Shown here one piece after another: positions 8,434 through 18,249 of a DNA stretch of 64,000 nucleotides. Under the pieces are notes generated by a model. That model worked only from the letters and a program-made list of their open reading frames with translations, was not told the DNA's origin and did no database searches. The position numbers and the translations under genes are program-made. The stretch is from NCBI GenBank assembly GCA_964455625.1, contig CAYVXZ010000002.1, positions 60,949 through 124,948 on the forward strand. The letters are read 5' to 3'. This stretch comes from an uncultured Planctomycetales bacterium (lineage in GTDB: Bacteria; Planctomycetota; SBBH01). How positions within the stretch are numbered: the stretch's first letter is position 1; every line of letters begins with the position of its first letter.

Positions 8434-9574
8434 TTCTGACCCCCGGTTTCCTCTTCGGTTCTTCACCCCATGTGGCAGTGATGTAGGGACGTGCCAGATC
8501 GGTCCAGAGGATCTTGGTGGCCGACGCGAGCGGGACGGCAAGAAGCACCCCGAACAGCCCCAGCAGCTTTCCGAAGGCGAGAATGGCGAAGATGATCATG
8601 ACCGGGTGGAGGCTCGCGGTCCGTCCCAGGATCACCGGGCTCAAGACCCCCTCGATCACCTCCGAGAGGATGAAGACCACCGCCACGCCGACCAGGGCCG
8701 CGGTCGAGGCATCCTGCGCCGCGGCGAGCATCAGCGCCACCCCGCCCACCCCGAAGAGGCTTGCCGCCGGGAGGAGGCTCAAGAGGCCGCCCGCGAATCC
8801 CAGGATGAAGGCGTACGGGACGTCGAGAAGCCAGAGGCCCAGCGCGATCACCAGCGCCTTGAGGAGGCAGACGAGCGAGCGTCCGAAGATGAACCCCGCC
8901 ATCGCCGTGTCGATCCGCGCGAGGATCGCGAGGGTCTTCGCCCGGATCGCGGGAGGGATCAGGGGGGGGACGGTCGCGTAGAGCGCCGGTATCTTTTCCA
9001 GGAAGTAGAAGGCGTAGATCGGAACCAGCACCAGGAACGACAGGAACGAGAAGGCGCTGGCGAGAGGCGCCGTCGCCCGCTCGCCGAACCAGGAGGCGGC
9101 GCGTCCCAGGCGGTCGGCGAGGTCCTCCCGGCGCTTCGGCTCGTCGAGGAAGATCCCGAGCAGTTTCACCGCGTCGTCGTAGTGGGGGACTTCGCTCACA
9201 CGGGCGCCGAGCTTCTCCGCGATCTTCTCGATCCCCGCGGGTTGACGCTCGATGTAGTCCTGCAGCCGCTCGGCCGAGCGGACCGACTGGCGGTAGATCG
9301 GGGGGATCGCGTAGAGCAGGGCCGCCGCGAAGAGGAGGCCCGCCGCGCCGTAGAGGAGGAGGATCCCCCGGAAGCGGGAGATCCCCTTGCGCTCCATCCA
9401 GGTGACCGTGGGGTTCAGGATGTAGGCGACGAGGGCCGCCAGCAGGAGGGGATTCAGGACCGCGCGCAGGAGGTAGCCGACCCAGATCGCGAGGACGAGC
9501 CCCGCGAGGACCACCCCGAGCCGCTTCCAGTCGGGGCTGCGGGCCGCCGTCACGGGCGCTCCGAGAGGGTGCAT
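8417..9574 (-). CDS. AI-2E family (UPF0118 / PerM-like) membrane transporter
   Basis: Track ORF trimmed to ATG at 9574 (MHPLGAPV). Multi-pass membrane protein with AI-2E-like TM pattern (FIFGRSLVCLLKALVIALGLWLL...). Confidence 0.7.
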   Translation of the reverse strand: MHPLGAPVTAARSPDWKRLGVVLAGLVLAIWVGYLLRAVLNPLLLAALVAYILNPTVTWMERKGISRFRGILLLYGAAGLLFAAALLYAIPPIYRQSVRSAERLQDYIERQPAGIEKIAEKLGARVSEVPHYDDAVKLLGIFLDEPKRREDLADRLGRAASWFGERATAPLASAFSFLSFLVLVPIYAFYFLEKIPALYATVPPLIPPAIRAKTLAILARIDTAMAGFIFGRSLVCLLKALVIALGLWLLDVPYAFILGFAGGLLSLLPAASLFGVGGVALMLAAAQDASTAALVGVAVVFILSEVIEGVLSPVILGRTASLHPVMIIFAILAFGKLLGLFGVLLAVPLASATKILWTDLARPYITATWGEEPKRKPGVRSQEPE

Positions 9575-9911
9575 GAGAACATGGGCTCTGACGCGGCGCG
9601 AGGGATCGCGGCCGATGGCGAGGCGCGGTGAGGAGGCAACCCTGGAAGAACGGGTTTCCGACGAGCCGCAACGACGCCACGCGGCCGCGAGACCCGCGCC
9701 CTGAAGGGTTGCGGGCACGGCCTGTTCACTAGTCCTTCCCTTACGAATCGAAGCAGCTTCACCCCCTCATTGGTCGCGCCCCTTCGGGTTGCGGCGGGGC
9801 ATGCCCGTCTGCCACGTCGCTCCTCTTCACCGTATCTCCCCTCAATACGCTTCATCGTCGCTCCTTGCATCCGGGCACGCCGCGCTCGCAACGCGTCGAG
9901 ATCCATGCTTC

Positions 9912-11216
9912 TCATGCACCCTCTACGATGAGGCTGCCCCCCTGTCCCCCGCCGATGCAGAGGGTGGCCAGTCCGTGCTGGACGCCGGCGCGCGCCATCT
10001 CGTGGAGGAGCGTGAGGACGAGCCGCGACCCCGTCGCCCCGACGGGATGGCCCAGCGCGATCGCGCCCCCGTTCACGTTCGTGGCCTCGCGCGGGAGGGG
10101 GCCCAGCTTCCCGGGGCGGCCCAGCTCTTTCCGGGCGAAGGCGTCGGAGTCGAAGGCGATCTCGTTCGCGATCACCTGCACGGCGAACGCCTCGTTGATC
10201 TCGATCCGTCCGATCTCCTTCATCGTGAGTCCCGCCTTGTCGAGGGCGGGGCCCGTCGCGTAGACGGGCCCGAGCCCCATCCGCGACGGCTCGAGGCCGG
10301 CATACGCCCAGCTCTTGAGGAACCCGAGGGGGGAATACCCTTCCGCCTTCGCGACATCCTCGCGCATGAGGAGCATCGCGACAGCCCCGTCGGTGATCTG
10401 GCAGGAGTTTCCCACCGTCACCGAGCCGAACCGCCGGTCGAAGTACGGCTTCAGTTTCGCGAGCGCTTCAAGGGTCTGCTCCTCCCGGGGGCCGACATCC
10501 GCCGCGACGGGGACGATCTCCTTCTTCCCCGCGAAGGCCGGGACGATCTCGGGAGCGAACCGCCCGGTCCGCGCCGCGGCGACCGCCCGCTTGTGGCTTT
10601 CGAGCGCGAAGGCGTCCTGCGCCTCGCGCGTCACGGAAAACTCGCGGGCCAGGATTTCCGCCGTTTTCCCCATGATCAGGCCGCAGGTGGGATCGGTGAG
10701 CCCCTGGACGAGGCTGATCTGCGGCGTCATCAGGGACGGCCGCCAGGCGAGGGCCGCCTGGAGCTTCCCCGGAAGCGACTTCTGGCGCGCGAGCCGCTCC
10801 AGGAATTTCCCGAACGCCTTGGGGTAGGAGATCGGGTAGTTGCTCATCGACTCGGTCCCGCCGGCGACGACGACCTTCGCCTCCCCGGCGCGGATCTTCT
10901 CGGCGGCCTGGGTCAGCGCCTCGAAGCCGGAGGCGCAGTTCCGGTGGACGCTCGCGGCGGGGGTCTTCGCGGGATACCCCGCCGTCAGGGCCGAGACGCG
11001 GGCGATGTTGGCGGAGTCCGACGGGGTGCCGCAGTTCCCCATGATCACGTGGTCGATCGAATCGGGGGAGATCCGGGTCCGCTCGACGATCTCCGCCAGG
11101 ACGATCCGTCCCAGCTCGGCCGCCGTGACGTCGTCGAGGGGGCCTCCCGCGCGGCAGAAGGGGGTCCTGACGCCGGCGACGATCGCGATCCGTGCGCCGC
11201 TAGTGGTGGTGGACAT
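9912..11216 (-). CDS. acetyl-CoA C-acyltransferase (thiolase)
   Basis: 434 aa. Thiolase N- and C-terminal signatures ([54 protein letters not shown]). Confidence 0.85.
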   Translation of the reverse strand: MSTTTSGARIAIVAGVRTPFCRAGGPLDDVTAAELGRIVLAEIVERTRISPDSIDHVIMGNCGTPSDSANIARVSALTAGYPAKTPAASVHRNCASGFEALTQAAEKIRAGEAKVVVAGGTESMSNYPISYPKAFGKFLERLARQKSLPGKLQAALAWRPSLMTPQISLVQGLTDPTCGLIMGKTAEILAREFSVTREAQDAFALESHKRAVAAARTGRFAPEIVPAFAGKKEIVPVAADVGPREEQTLEALAKLKPYFDRRFGSVTVGNSCQITDGAVAMLLMREDVAKAEGYSPLGFLKSWAYAGLEPSRMGLGPVYATGPALDKAGLTMKEIGRIEINEAFAVQVIANEIAFDSDAFARKELGRPGKLGPLPREATNVNGGAIALGHPVGATGSRLVLTLLHEMARAGVQHGLATLCIGGGQGGSLIVEGA

Positions 11217-11907
11217 GTGCGTGGTCGTGGCCTCCCAACCCGATGAGAAGGAACGCGCCTGTCGCGGCCAGCACCAGGCCGCTCACGGTCTCGGCGTGCC
11301 GCTCCAGGAACGGCAGTTTCAGCTCCCGGTGGATCGCGAGCGCCGTCCAGGCCACCGCGAGGCTCGCCGCCACCGTCACGGCGAGATAGGTCCCCACCAG
11401 CGCCGCCTGGAAGGGGCCCGGAAGGCCGATCGCCCCGGCGAAGATCGGCACCGAGACGAAGCAGGGGCTCATTCCCGCCACCAGGACCAGGCTGACGAAG
11501 GTCGCCTTCCCCGCGAGGGAATCCGTATGGGCGTGCGAGTGCCCGTCATGCCCGTGGCTGTGGAAGTGCATGTGGAAGTGGGGGGCGCTCTTCTTGGAGC
11601 GCCAGAGCGCCCATCCCGCGTACGCCAAGCCAAACCCCACCAGGATCAGGCCGCCCGTCATCTCGATCCGCTCGTGGTACGGCTCGAACCGGTGAAGGAC
11701 GCTCTCCCCGGCCAGGATCGCGGCGATCCCGAGGATCACCGAAAGGAGGGAATCGCTCACGGCGCCCAGGCCCGCGGCCACAAGGGTCTTCGCCGTGGAC
11801 CAGCCCTGCTTTTTTCCCACAAGGACGAACGGCACCCAATGGTCCGGGATCAGGGCGTGGACGGCCGCGCTTCCCGCGGCGCCCGCCAGGAGCGGCCAGT
11901 GGAGCAT
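11200..11907 (-). CDS. His-rich metal (Ni/Co-type) transporter-like membrane protein (NicO/RcnA/HupE-like)
   Basis: Trimmed to ATG at 11907 (MLHWPLLAGA). Six or more TM segments. Central HFHMHFHSHGHDGHSHAH loop and C-terminal HDHAHVHHH. Confidence 0.5.
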   Translation of the reverse strand: MLHWPLLAGAAGSAAVHALIPDHWVPFVLVGKKQGWSTAKTLVAAGLGAVSDSLLSVILGIAAILAGESVLHRFEPYHERIEMTGGLILVGFGLAYAGWALWRSKKSAPHFHMHFHSHGHDGHSHAHTDSLAGKATFVSLVLVAGMSPCFVSVPIFAGAIGLPGPFQAALVGTYLAVTVAASLAVAWTALAIHRELKLPFLERHAETVSGLVLAATGAFLLIGLGGHDHAHVHHH

Positions 11908-12004
11908 CAGTTCGCTTGCCACGGCCCCGATTGTATCAGTGGTTTTGTGATTCGTGGTTCGTGTTTCGTGGCTCGCAGCCCGCGCCATGCCCGCGAATCA
12001 CGCT

Positions 12005-12832
12005 TCACGCACCACGAATCACGGGCCGGATCGTCTCGACGCGTGTCACATGTTCCGGCTGGAAGGCGAGGCGCCGGCCGTCCCCTGTCCGGATCACGAT
12101 CCCCTCGGAAAGCCCCGCGGAAAGGACCTCTCCCTCATGGATCCCGCCGGGGGTCTCGACGCGCGCCGGCCGGCCGGCGAGGTCCGACCGCTCCCGCCAG
12201 GCGGTTTCCAGGGCGGCGACATCTCCCCGGGCCGCGTCGCGGTAGAGCGTTTCGAGGCGCGTCAGGATCGCCGCCAGGAGCGCCCGGCGATCGGTTTCGC
12301 GACCCGTTTCCGTCCGGACCGAGGTGGCGGTCCCGCGGATCTCCGGGGGCCAGTCTTCCGGAAGCGAATTCGCGTTGAGCCCGATCCCGACGACGTAGGC
12401 GGGGCGCCCCTGGATCTCGCGCGACTCGGCCAGGATCCCGCAGAGTTTTTTCTCGCCGACGTACAGGTCGTTCGGCCAGCGGATCTTAAGACCGACCTGC
12501 GCGAAGCGCGAAGCGCGAAGCGAATCACTGGACGCTTCGCGCTGGACGCTTCGCGAGTCTGGAAACCTCTTTTCCAGTGTTTCGCACACGGCGACCGCCC
12601 CGAGCGCCGTCACGACGCCGGCGGGCGCGAGCGGCCGCGCCGGATGCAGGAAGATCGAGAAGAGGAGGTCCTTGCCGGCGGGGGCGTGCCAGGTCCGGCC
12701 ATGGCGCCCTCGCCCGGCGGTCTGCCGGTCGGCCGCGACGCAGAGAAAGTCCGCCCCGCGCGCGGGACCCTCGATCCAGGCCGCGTCGTTCGTGGAGGGG
12801 ATTTCGGGAAGCCAGAGAGGATCGGTGGTCAC
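12005..12832 (-). CDS. birA: biotin--[acetyl-CoA-carboxylase] ligase BirA, with an in-frame insertion of about 20 aa
   Basis: GRGRHGRTWHAPAG and KIRWPNDLYVGEKKLCGILAE are BirA catalytic-core motifs. An extra RFPDSRSVQREASSDSLRASRFAQ segment is encoded by the palindromic repeat at 12498-12557. Confidence 0.75.
   Translation of the reverse strand: MTTDPLWLPEIPSTNDAAWIEGPARGADFLCVAADRQTAGRGRHGRTWHAPAGKDLLFSIFLHPARPLAPAGVVTALGAVAVCETLEKRFPDSRSVQREASSDSLRASRFAQVGLKIRWPNDLYVGEKKLCGILAESREIQGRPAYVVGIGLNANSLPEDWPPEIRGTATSVRTETGRETDRRALLAAILTRLETLYRDAARGDVAALETAWRERSDLAGRPARVETPGGIHEGEVLSAGLSEGIVIRTGDGRRLAFQPEHVTRVETIRPVIRGA
12498..12557. repeat. GC-rich palindromic element, copy 1, in-frame inside birA
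   Basis: (GCGAAGC)x3 ...ACTGGACGCTTCGCGCTGGACGCTTCGCGAG. The GCGAAGCG half and the CGCTTCGC half are reverse complements. Confidence 0.7.
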
Positions 12833-13830
12833 GGGCGTCGTGCGCCCCCGGCGGGGGGGATCGGACGAAGGTCCATCGCGATGTCGAGCGCCGGGGCCGA
12901 GTGCGTGAGGGCGCCCACCGAGATCCGGTCGACGCCGGTCGCGGCGATCGCGCCGACCTTGGCGAGGGTCACGCCGCCCGAGACCTCGAGAAGGGGGCGG
13001 TGGCCTTTCAGTCCGCGCACGAGGCGCACCGACTTCCGGACACCAGCTAAGGACATGTTGTCGAGGAGAAGGATGTCGGCGCCCCCTTGCCCCGCGGCGA
13101 GCGCCTCGTCGGGTGTCGTCACCTCGATCTCGATGGGGGAGCCGCGCGGCGCGGTCTTGCGCGCCAGTTGAACAATCTGCCGGTAAAACTCAGCGGATCG
13201 CGAAGCGCGAAGCGCGAAGCGTGAAGCGCCTCGCTTCGCGCTGGACGCTGGACGCTTCGCGAGGGCGATGTGGTTGTCCTTCACCAGCACCTGGTCGAAG
13301 AGGCCGATCCGGTGGTTGTCGCCGCCGCCTGTCCGCACGGCGTGCTTTTCCAGCAGGCGCATGCCGGGAAGGGTCTTCCGCGTGTCGAGGATCCGGCATC
13401 GGGTCTTTCTCGCGGCCCGGACGAACCGGCGCGTCTGCGTGGCGATCCCCGAGAGGTGCTGGAGGAAGTTGAGGGCCGTCCGCTCGCCGGCGAGCAGCGC
13501 CCGCGCGCTCCCGTACACCTCGGCGAGGCGCGTCCCTTTCCGGACCGCGTCGCCGTCCGCGGCGAGCGTCTTCACGAAGGCATCGGGGTCGATCCGGGTG
13601 AAGAGGGGCCGGAGCAGGGGGAGCCCCGCCACGACGCCGTCTTCCTTGGCGGCGAATGTCCCGATCGCGGCGAGGTCTTCCGGGATCAGCGCGTTCGAGG
13701 TCACGTCCCCCGGCCCGATATCTTCCGCGAGGGCCGCGCGCAGGAGATCCTGGATCTCCGGGAGATCGGGATTCAGGGAGGAACGGCGCCGCATGTCGCC
13801 AAGGTTAACCGACTGCGCGGGCAGATTCAC
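12829..13830 (-). CDS. nadC: nicotinate-nucleotide pyrophosphorylase (carboxylating) NadC, with an in-frame insertion of about 22 aa
   Basis: QPRTase motifs (ILDTRKTLPGMRLLEKHAVRTGGGDNHR, LVKDNHIA, ADILLLDNMS). Insertion PASSAKRGASRFALRASRSAEF is encoded by palindromic repeat copy 2. ATGA overlap with the birA start. Real start may be the internal ATG at 13794. Confidence 0.8.
   Translation of the reverse strand: MNLPAQSVNLGDMRRRSSLNPDLPEIQDLLRAALAEDIGPGDVTSNALIPEDLAAIGTFAAKEDGVVAGLPLLRPLFTRIDPDAFVKTLAADGDAVRKGTRLAEVYGSARALLAGERTALNFLQHLSGIATQTRRFVRAARKTRCRILDTRKTLPGMRLLEKHAVRTGGGDNHRIGLFDQVLVKDNHIALAKRPASSAKRGASRFALRASRSAEFYRQIVQLARKTAPRGSPIEIEVTTPDEALAAGQGGADILLLDNMSLAGVRKSVRLVRGLKGHRPLLEVSGGVTLAKVGAIAATGVDRISVGALTHSAPALDIAMDLRPIPPAGGARRP
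13196..13266. repeat. GC-rich palindromic element, copy 2, in-frame inside nadC
   Basis: ATCGCGAAGCGCGAAGCGCGAAGCGTGAAGCGCCTCGCTTCGCGCTGGACGCTGGACGCTTCGCGAG. Same GCGAAGCG/CGCTTCGC arms and CTGGACGCT core as copy 1. Confidence 0.7.
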
Positions 13831-13868
13831 GGGACCCCGGGGAGACCCGCGTGGTTATATTGGAAAGG

Positions 13869-15236
13869 ATGCTCAAGCCGACGATCCGGGCCTTCGGGTG
13901 GATTCTCGCGTGCGGCGCGGCACTGGCCGGCGGGGAGGAGAGCGGCCGGATCCGGGCGCTTCTGGCGCGGTTGGGCGACCCCGAGGTCCAGGTCCGCGAG
14001 GAGTCGTTCGGGGCGCTCGCGACGCTCTGCCTGGAATCTCCCGAGGCGGTTCTCGCGACCCTTCCCCGGGAGGAGCCGGATCCCGAGGTGGCCGAACGCC
14101 TGGCCGACTTGAGGAAACGCGCCGACTGGGAGGTCGCGCGGCGCCGGGCGATGGCGCTCGCTGGCGGGGACGCCGACCTGCGGGACGCTGTCGAGAGGCT
14201 CTATCGCGATCCGACCCCGCAGACGGTCGGCGCCCTGGCGCGGGGGCAGGTGTCCGGAGGCGCGCGCCGCCCGGACCCGGCCGCCGTCGCGGCGATCGCG
14301 GCCCCTTTTCTCGGGCATCCCGAGAGGCAGATGCGTCTTTCCGCGCTCGGCGCGGTCGGGGCCGCCGGAACGGGGGCCCGGGAATTCGTCGGGGCGATCA
14401 CGTCGCTCCTGGCCGATCCGGACATGCAGTTCCGCCTCCAGGTGATCCAGGCGCTCCAGCGGATTCCGTGTCCCGAATCGGCGGCGGCGCTGGAAGGGCT
14501 CCTGGCGGATCCGAACAATACGGTGCGGATCCACGCGATCTCGGGGCTCTCGAACCAGAAGTTCAGGTTTCCGCCGGAGCTTCTCGCCCGGCTCCTGGCC
14601 GACCCGGACGACAACGTCCGCACGCACGCCCTGAACGCCCTCGGGACCACCGTTCCGGACGCGCTGGTCCCGACGGTGATCGACCTCTCCCGGCGGGGCG
14701 GGAGCGGGACCCGTTACGCGGCGGTCCAGAAACTCGCCTTTTGCGGCGGAGACCGGAAGGCGGTCCTTGCCGCGGTCGCCGCGGCATCGGAAGACCCGGA
14801 CGCGAACGTCCGGCAGTCCGTCGCGATCGTGGCCGGCAAGATGAGAGACCCTTCCGGGAAGGGGATCCTGGAGAGGCTCGTCCTCGACCAGGCAGACAAC
14901 GTCCGGTACCAGACGCTTCTGGCGATGGGGGAATGGTGCCGGGAAGACCCTGCTTTCGTCCGGATCCTGGCCGCGCATCTGGCCGATCCCGTGCCGGGGG
15001 TGGTCCCCGCCGCCGCACAGGCCCTGGCACGCGTGCTGGACCAGCCTGAATGGATCCGGAACCCCGCGGCTGCCGCCGACTGGTGGAAGACCCACACGGA
15101 TTCCTGCCGCGACGCTGCCTGCCCGTACCGGTGCCGCGAGCCGTTCACGCCCCGTCCGACGGAGCGGCGTAACCTGCCGGAGGACGAGGAGCTCAAGATG
15201 AAGCTGATGCAGGAAGAGGGGATCGAGTTCGAATAG
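13869..15236 (+). CDS. secreted HEAT (PBS-lyase-like) repeat protein
   Basis: GGAAAGG then ATG at 13869. Signal peptide MLKPTIRAFGWILACGAALAG. Repeated LxDPDxxVRxxAxxAL units. Confidence 0.6.
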   Translation: MLKPTIRAFGWILACGAALAGGEESGRIRALLARLGDPEVQVREESFGALATLCLESPEAVLATLPREEPDPEVAERLADLRKRADWEVARRRAMALAGGDADLRDAVERLYRDPTPQTVGALARGQVSGGARRPDPAAVAAIAAPFLGHPERQMRLSALGAVGAAGTGAREFVGAITSLLADPDMQFRLQVIQALQRIPCPESAAALEGLLADPNNTVRIHAISGLSNQKFRFPPELLARLLADPDDNVRTHALNALGTTVPDALVPTVIDLSRRGGSGTRYAAVQKLAFCGGDRKAVLAAVAAASEDPDANVRQSVAIVAGKMRDPSGKGILERLVLDQADNVRYQTLLAMGEWCREDPAFVRILAAHLADPVPGVVPAAAQALARVLDQPEWIRNPAAAADWWKTHTDSCRDAACPYRCREPFTPRPTERRNLPEDEELKMKLMQEEGIEFE

Positions 15237-15248
15237 CCGGACCCGCGG

Positions 15249-17294
15249 TTACAGCGCCGCGCGGGGGGACCGGCGTTTTCCTTTTGGTCCCCTCCGGCGC
15301 CCCTCGACGGACGGGATGAAATCCCCTTTCCAGTCGGGTTTCAGCTTCAGGATCCGGTCGCGGATCTCGGCGGCGTGCTCGAACTGCAGGAGCCGCGCCG
15401 CCTCCATCATCTTCCCTTCCAGCTCGAAGACGAGCTCCCCCGTGGCGTACCCGGTCGGGCTCTCGCGGACCATCGTGCGGGCGTACTCGGCCTGCTCGCG
15501 CTCGATCTCGATGGTCTTCCGGATCTCCTTCCTGATCGTCTGCGGCGTGATCCCGTTCTTCCTGTTGTATTCCGTCTGCGCGGCGCGTCGGCGGGCGGTC
15601 TCGCGGATCGCGAGGTCCATCGACGGGGTGACGCGGTCGGCATACAGGACGACGCGGGCGTTGACGTTCCGGGCGGCGCGGCCGATGGTCTGCACCAGCG
15701 ACGTCTCCGAGCGCAGGAACCCTTCCTTGTCGGCGTCGAGGATGGCGACGAGCGACACCTCGGGAAGGTCGAGTCCCTCACGGAGGAGGTTGACGCCCAC
15801 CGCGCAGTCGATCTTCCCCTTCCGCAGGTCCGTGAGGACGTCCACCCGCTCGAAGGCGTCGAGCTCCGAGTGGAGGTAGCTGACCTTGACCCCCTTTTCC
15901 CGCATGTAGTCCGAGAGCTCCTCGGCGAGCCGCTTCGTGAGGGTGGTCACCAGCGTCCGCTCGCCCGCCTTGACCCGCTCCTTCACGCGCGCGAGGAGGT
16001 CCTCGATCTGTCCCGCGGTCGGCCGGACCTCCACCTCGGGATCGAGAAGCCCCGTCGGGCGGATCAGCTGCTCCACGACGTGGGGGCCGCACCGCTCGCG
16101 CTCGTAGGGGCCGGGTGTGGCCGAGACGAAGATCGCGCGCTTCACGATCGCCTCCCATTCGGGGAAACGCAGGGGGCGGTTGTCGAGCGCGGAGGGGAGC
16201 CGGAACCCGTGCTCGACCAGGGTCTGCTTCCGGGCCCGGTCGCCGTTGAACATTCCGCGGATCTGCGGGACCGTGACGTGCGCCTCGTCCACGACCACGA
16301 GCGCGTCCTCCGGAAAGTAGTCGAAGAGGGTCGCGGGGCGGGCGTCCGGCTCGCGCCCGGCGAGGGGTCGGGAGTAGTTCTCGATCCCCGGGCAGTATCC
16401 CAGCTCCGTCATCAGCTCGCAGTCGTAGCGGGTGCGCGCCTCGATCCGCTGCGCCTCGAGGAGCTTTCCCTGGTCCCGGAAGAAGGTCACGCGCTCCTCC
16501 ATCTCGGCGAGGATCTTCCCGACCGCCGCGGCGAGCTTCTCCTTCGGCATGATGAAATGCTTCGCCGGGTAGAGGGTGACCCCTTGGGCCGCGTGCAGGA
16601 CGTCGCCCGAGACCGGGTGGACCGCCTGCAGGGCGGCGATCCGGTCGTCCTCGACCGTCACGCGCCAGGCGAACTCCTCGTAGGACGGGAAGATCTCGAC
16701 CACGCCCCCCTTGGCACGGAAGGTGGCGCGCTTGAAGTCGATCTCGCCGCGCTCGTACTGGAGCGTCACGAGGCGCCGGAGCAGGTCCTCCCGGACGCAG
16801 GGTGATCCGACCGCCAGGGGAAGGACCATCTGCCGGTAGCTCTCCGGGTCCCCGAGGCTGTAGATGCAGGAGACCGACGCCACCACGATCGTGTCGCGCC
16901 GTTCCATCAGGGCCGAGGTCGCCGCGAGGCGCAGGCGATCCAGGTCCTGGTTGATCGAGGCGTCCTTCTCGATGTAGAGGTCCTTCTGCGGGATGTACGC
17001 CTCCGGCTGGTAGTAGTCGTAGTAGCTGACGAAGTAGTGGACGGCGTTCTCCGGGAAGAACTCCTTGAACTCGCCGTAGAGCTGGGCGGCGAGCGTCTTG
17101 TTGTGCGAGATCACCAGGGTCGGCTTCTGGACGCGCTGGATGACGTTGGCGAGGGTGAACGTCTTTCCGGAGCCGGTGACGCCCAGGAGCGTCTGGAACG
17201 GGACCCCGGTCTCGAGCCCCCTCACCAGCTTCTCGATCGCCTGGGGCTGGTCGCCGCGCGGGACATAAGGGGCGTGGAGCTTGAAAGGGGCCAT
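15249..17294 (-). CDS. uvrB: excinuclease ABC subunit B UvrB
   Basis: 681 aa. GVTGSGKTFT Walker A, YYDYYQPEAY, and helicase motifs. C-terminal UvrB/UvrC interaction region. Confidence 0.9.
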   Translation of the reverse strand: MAPFKLHAPYVPRGDQPQAIEKLVRGLETGVPFQTLLGVTGSGKTFTLANVIQRVQKPTLVISHNKTLAAQLYGEFKEFFPENAVHYFVSYYDYYQPEAYIPQKDLYIEKDASINQDLDRLRLAATSALMERRDTIVVASVSCIYSLGDPESYRQMVLPLAVGSPCVREDLLRRLVTLQYERGEIDFKRATFRAKGGVVEIFPSYEEFAWRVTVEDDRIAALQAVHPVSGDVLHAAQGVTLYPAKHFIMPKEKLAAAVGKILAEMEERVTFFRDQGKLLEAQRIEARTRYDCELMTELGYCPGIENYSRPLAGREPDARPATLFDYFPEDALVVVDEAHVTVPQIRGMFNGDRARKQTLVEHGFRLPSALDNRPLRFPEWEAIVKRAIFVSATPGPYERERCGPHVVEQLIRPTGLLDPEVEVRPTAGQIEDLLARVKERVKAGERTLVTTLTKRLAEELSDYMREKGVKVSYLHSELDAFERVDVLTDLRKGKIDCAVGVNLLREGLDLPEVSLVAILDADKEGFLRSETSLVQTIGRAARNVNARVVLYADRVTPSMDLAIRETARRRAAQTEYNRKNGITPQTIRKEIRKTIEIEREQAEYARTMVRESPTGYATGELVFELEGKMMEAARLLQFEHAAEIRDRILKLKPDWKGDFIPSVEGRRRGPKGKRRSPRAAL

Positions 17295-17349
17295 GGAGCG
17301 CGCATGAAGCGTATCCCGGGAAGGGGTGGACGGGAAGGTTCCCGACGAG

Positions 17350-17694
17350 ATGGCGGAGAGGATCTTCGGCCAGGCGGCGGCCGGGCCCTACGACCTGATC
17401 CGCCTGGCCCCGGGCGAGTCGCACAGTCTCGCGTACGACAGCCAGTACACGGAGGAAGGCGGGCTCACGCTGTCGTTCAGCTACGCCGCGCCGGAGCCGG
17501 AAGAGATCCGGAAGGCGGTCGAGCAGGCGCGGACGCTCGCGAAGGCGTTCAACACGGAGATCCCGGACCAGCTGGCCTGGCCGACCCCCTTCAGGGCGAT
17601 CGAGGCGCGCCTGGACGTCGTGATCGGCGGCGCCCCGACGAAGGGCGGAAAGCCGCTCTTCCCGGAAGGACAGAAGACTCCCTTCGAGGCGTGA
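17350..17694 (+). CDS. hypothetical protein (small, acidic)
   Basis: Protein-like composition. ATG at 17350 preceded by GGGAAGG. No recognisable family. Confidence 0.35.
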   Translation: MAERIFGQAAAGPYDLIRLAPGESHSLAYDSQYTEEGGLTLSFSYAAPEPEEIRKAVEQARTLAKAFNTEIPDQLAWPTPFRAIEARLDVVIGGAPTKGGKPLFPEGQKTPFEA

Positions 17695-18225
17695 TCAGGC
17701 CCGCACGCCGCGGTCGTAGAGGGCGCGCCCGACCTCGACCAGGATGACGCGGTTCTTGTGGACCGTCACGTACTCCTTGAAGAAGGTCAGGACGTTGAAG
17801 ACGAGGGCCAGGAGCACGACCGCGAAGTGGATCCAGCGGGGGATGTGCCCCGTGTGGACGGCCGCCCCGACCGCCGCCGCCGCGATCATGAAGATCGAGG
17901 AAAAGGTCGCGTACGGGTGGACGTCCCACTTGAAGTCGCGCAGGCGCGCGAGGTACTTCTCCTGCAGGTCCGGATGCCCGGCGATCGCCTTCTGGACGTC
18001 CTTTCCCGTTCCGACGAGATAGAACATCGTCATGCAGTGGATGAAGCAGGTGAAGAACGCCGCGAAGAGCCCCCACAGGATGTGGGCGTTCAGCGCCGAC
18101 CAGTCTCCGAGGAAACAGCGGAGCCCCATGTGGATGGTCACCGAGAGGAGAAAGGCGTCGATCCCGATCAGCCCCAGCGTCACGAGCGGCACGGGCGGGA
18201 GGATACACCCTGCCCGCCGCGCCAT
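17695..18225 (-). CDS. hypothetical integral membrane protein
   Basis: 176 aa with 4-5 hydrophobic segments. No family recognised. Confidence 0.5.
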   Translation of the reverse strand: MARRAGCILPPVPLVTLGLIGIDAFLLSVTIHMGLRCFLGDWSALNAHILWGLFAAFFTCFIHCMTMFYLVGTGKDVQKAIAGHPDLQEKYLARLRDFKWDVHPYATFSSIFMIAAAAVGAAVHTGHIPRWIHFAVVLLALVFNVLTFFKEYVTVHKNRVILVEVGRALYDRGVRA

Positions 18226-18249
18226 CGAGGCCGCTTCGGGCGCGGCGCG

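Noticed and set aside
9575-9911. 337-bp lower-GC gap between the thiolase 3' end and the AI-2E start; considered as an ncRNA or small-gene locus (track ORF 9550..9915 -)
   Set aside because: No SD/start pairing and no conserved structure recognisable by eye. The 121-aa ORF translation is Arg-rich junk. Left unannotated rather than guessed.
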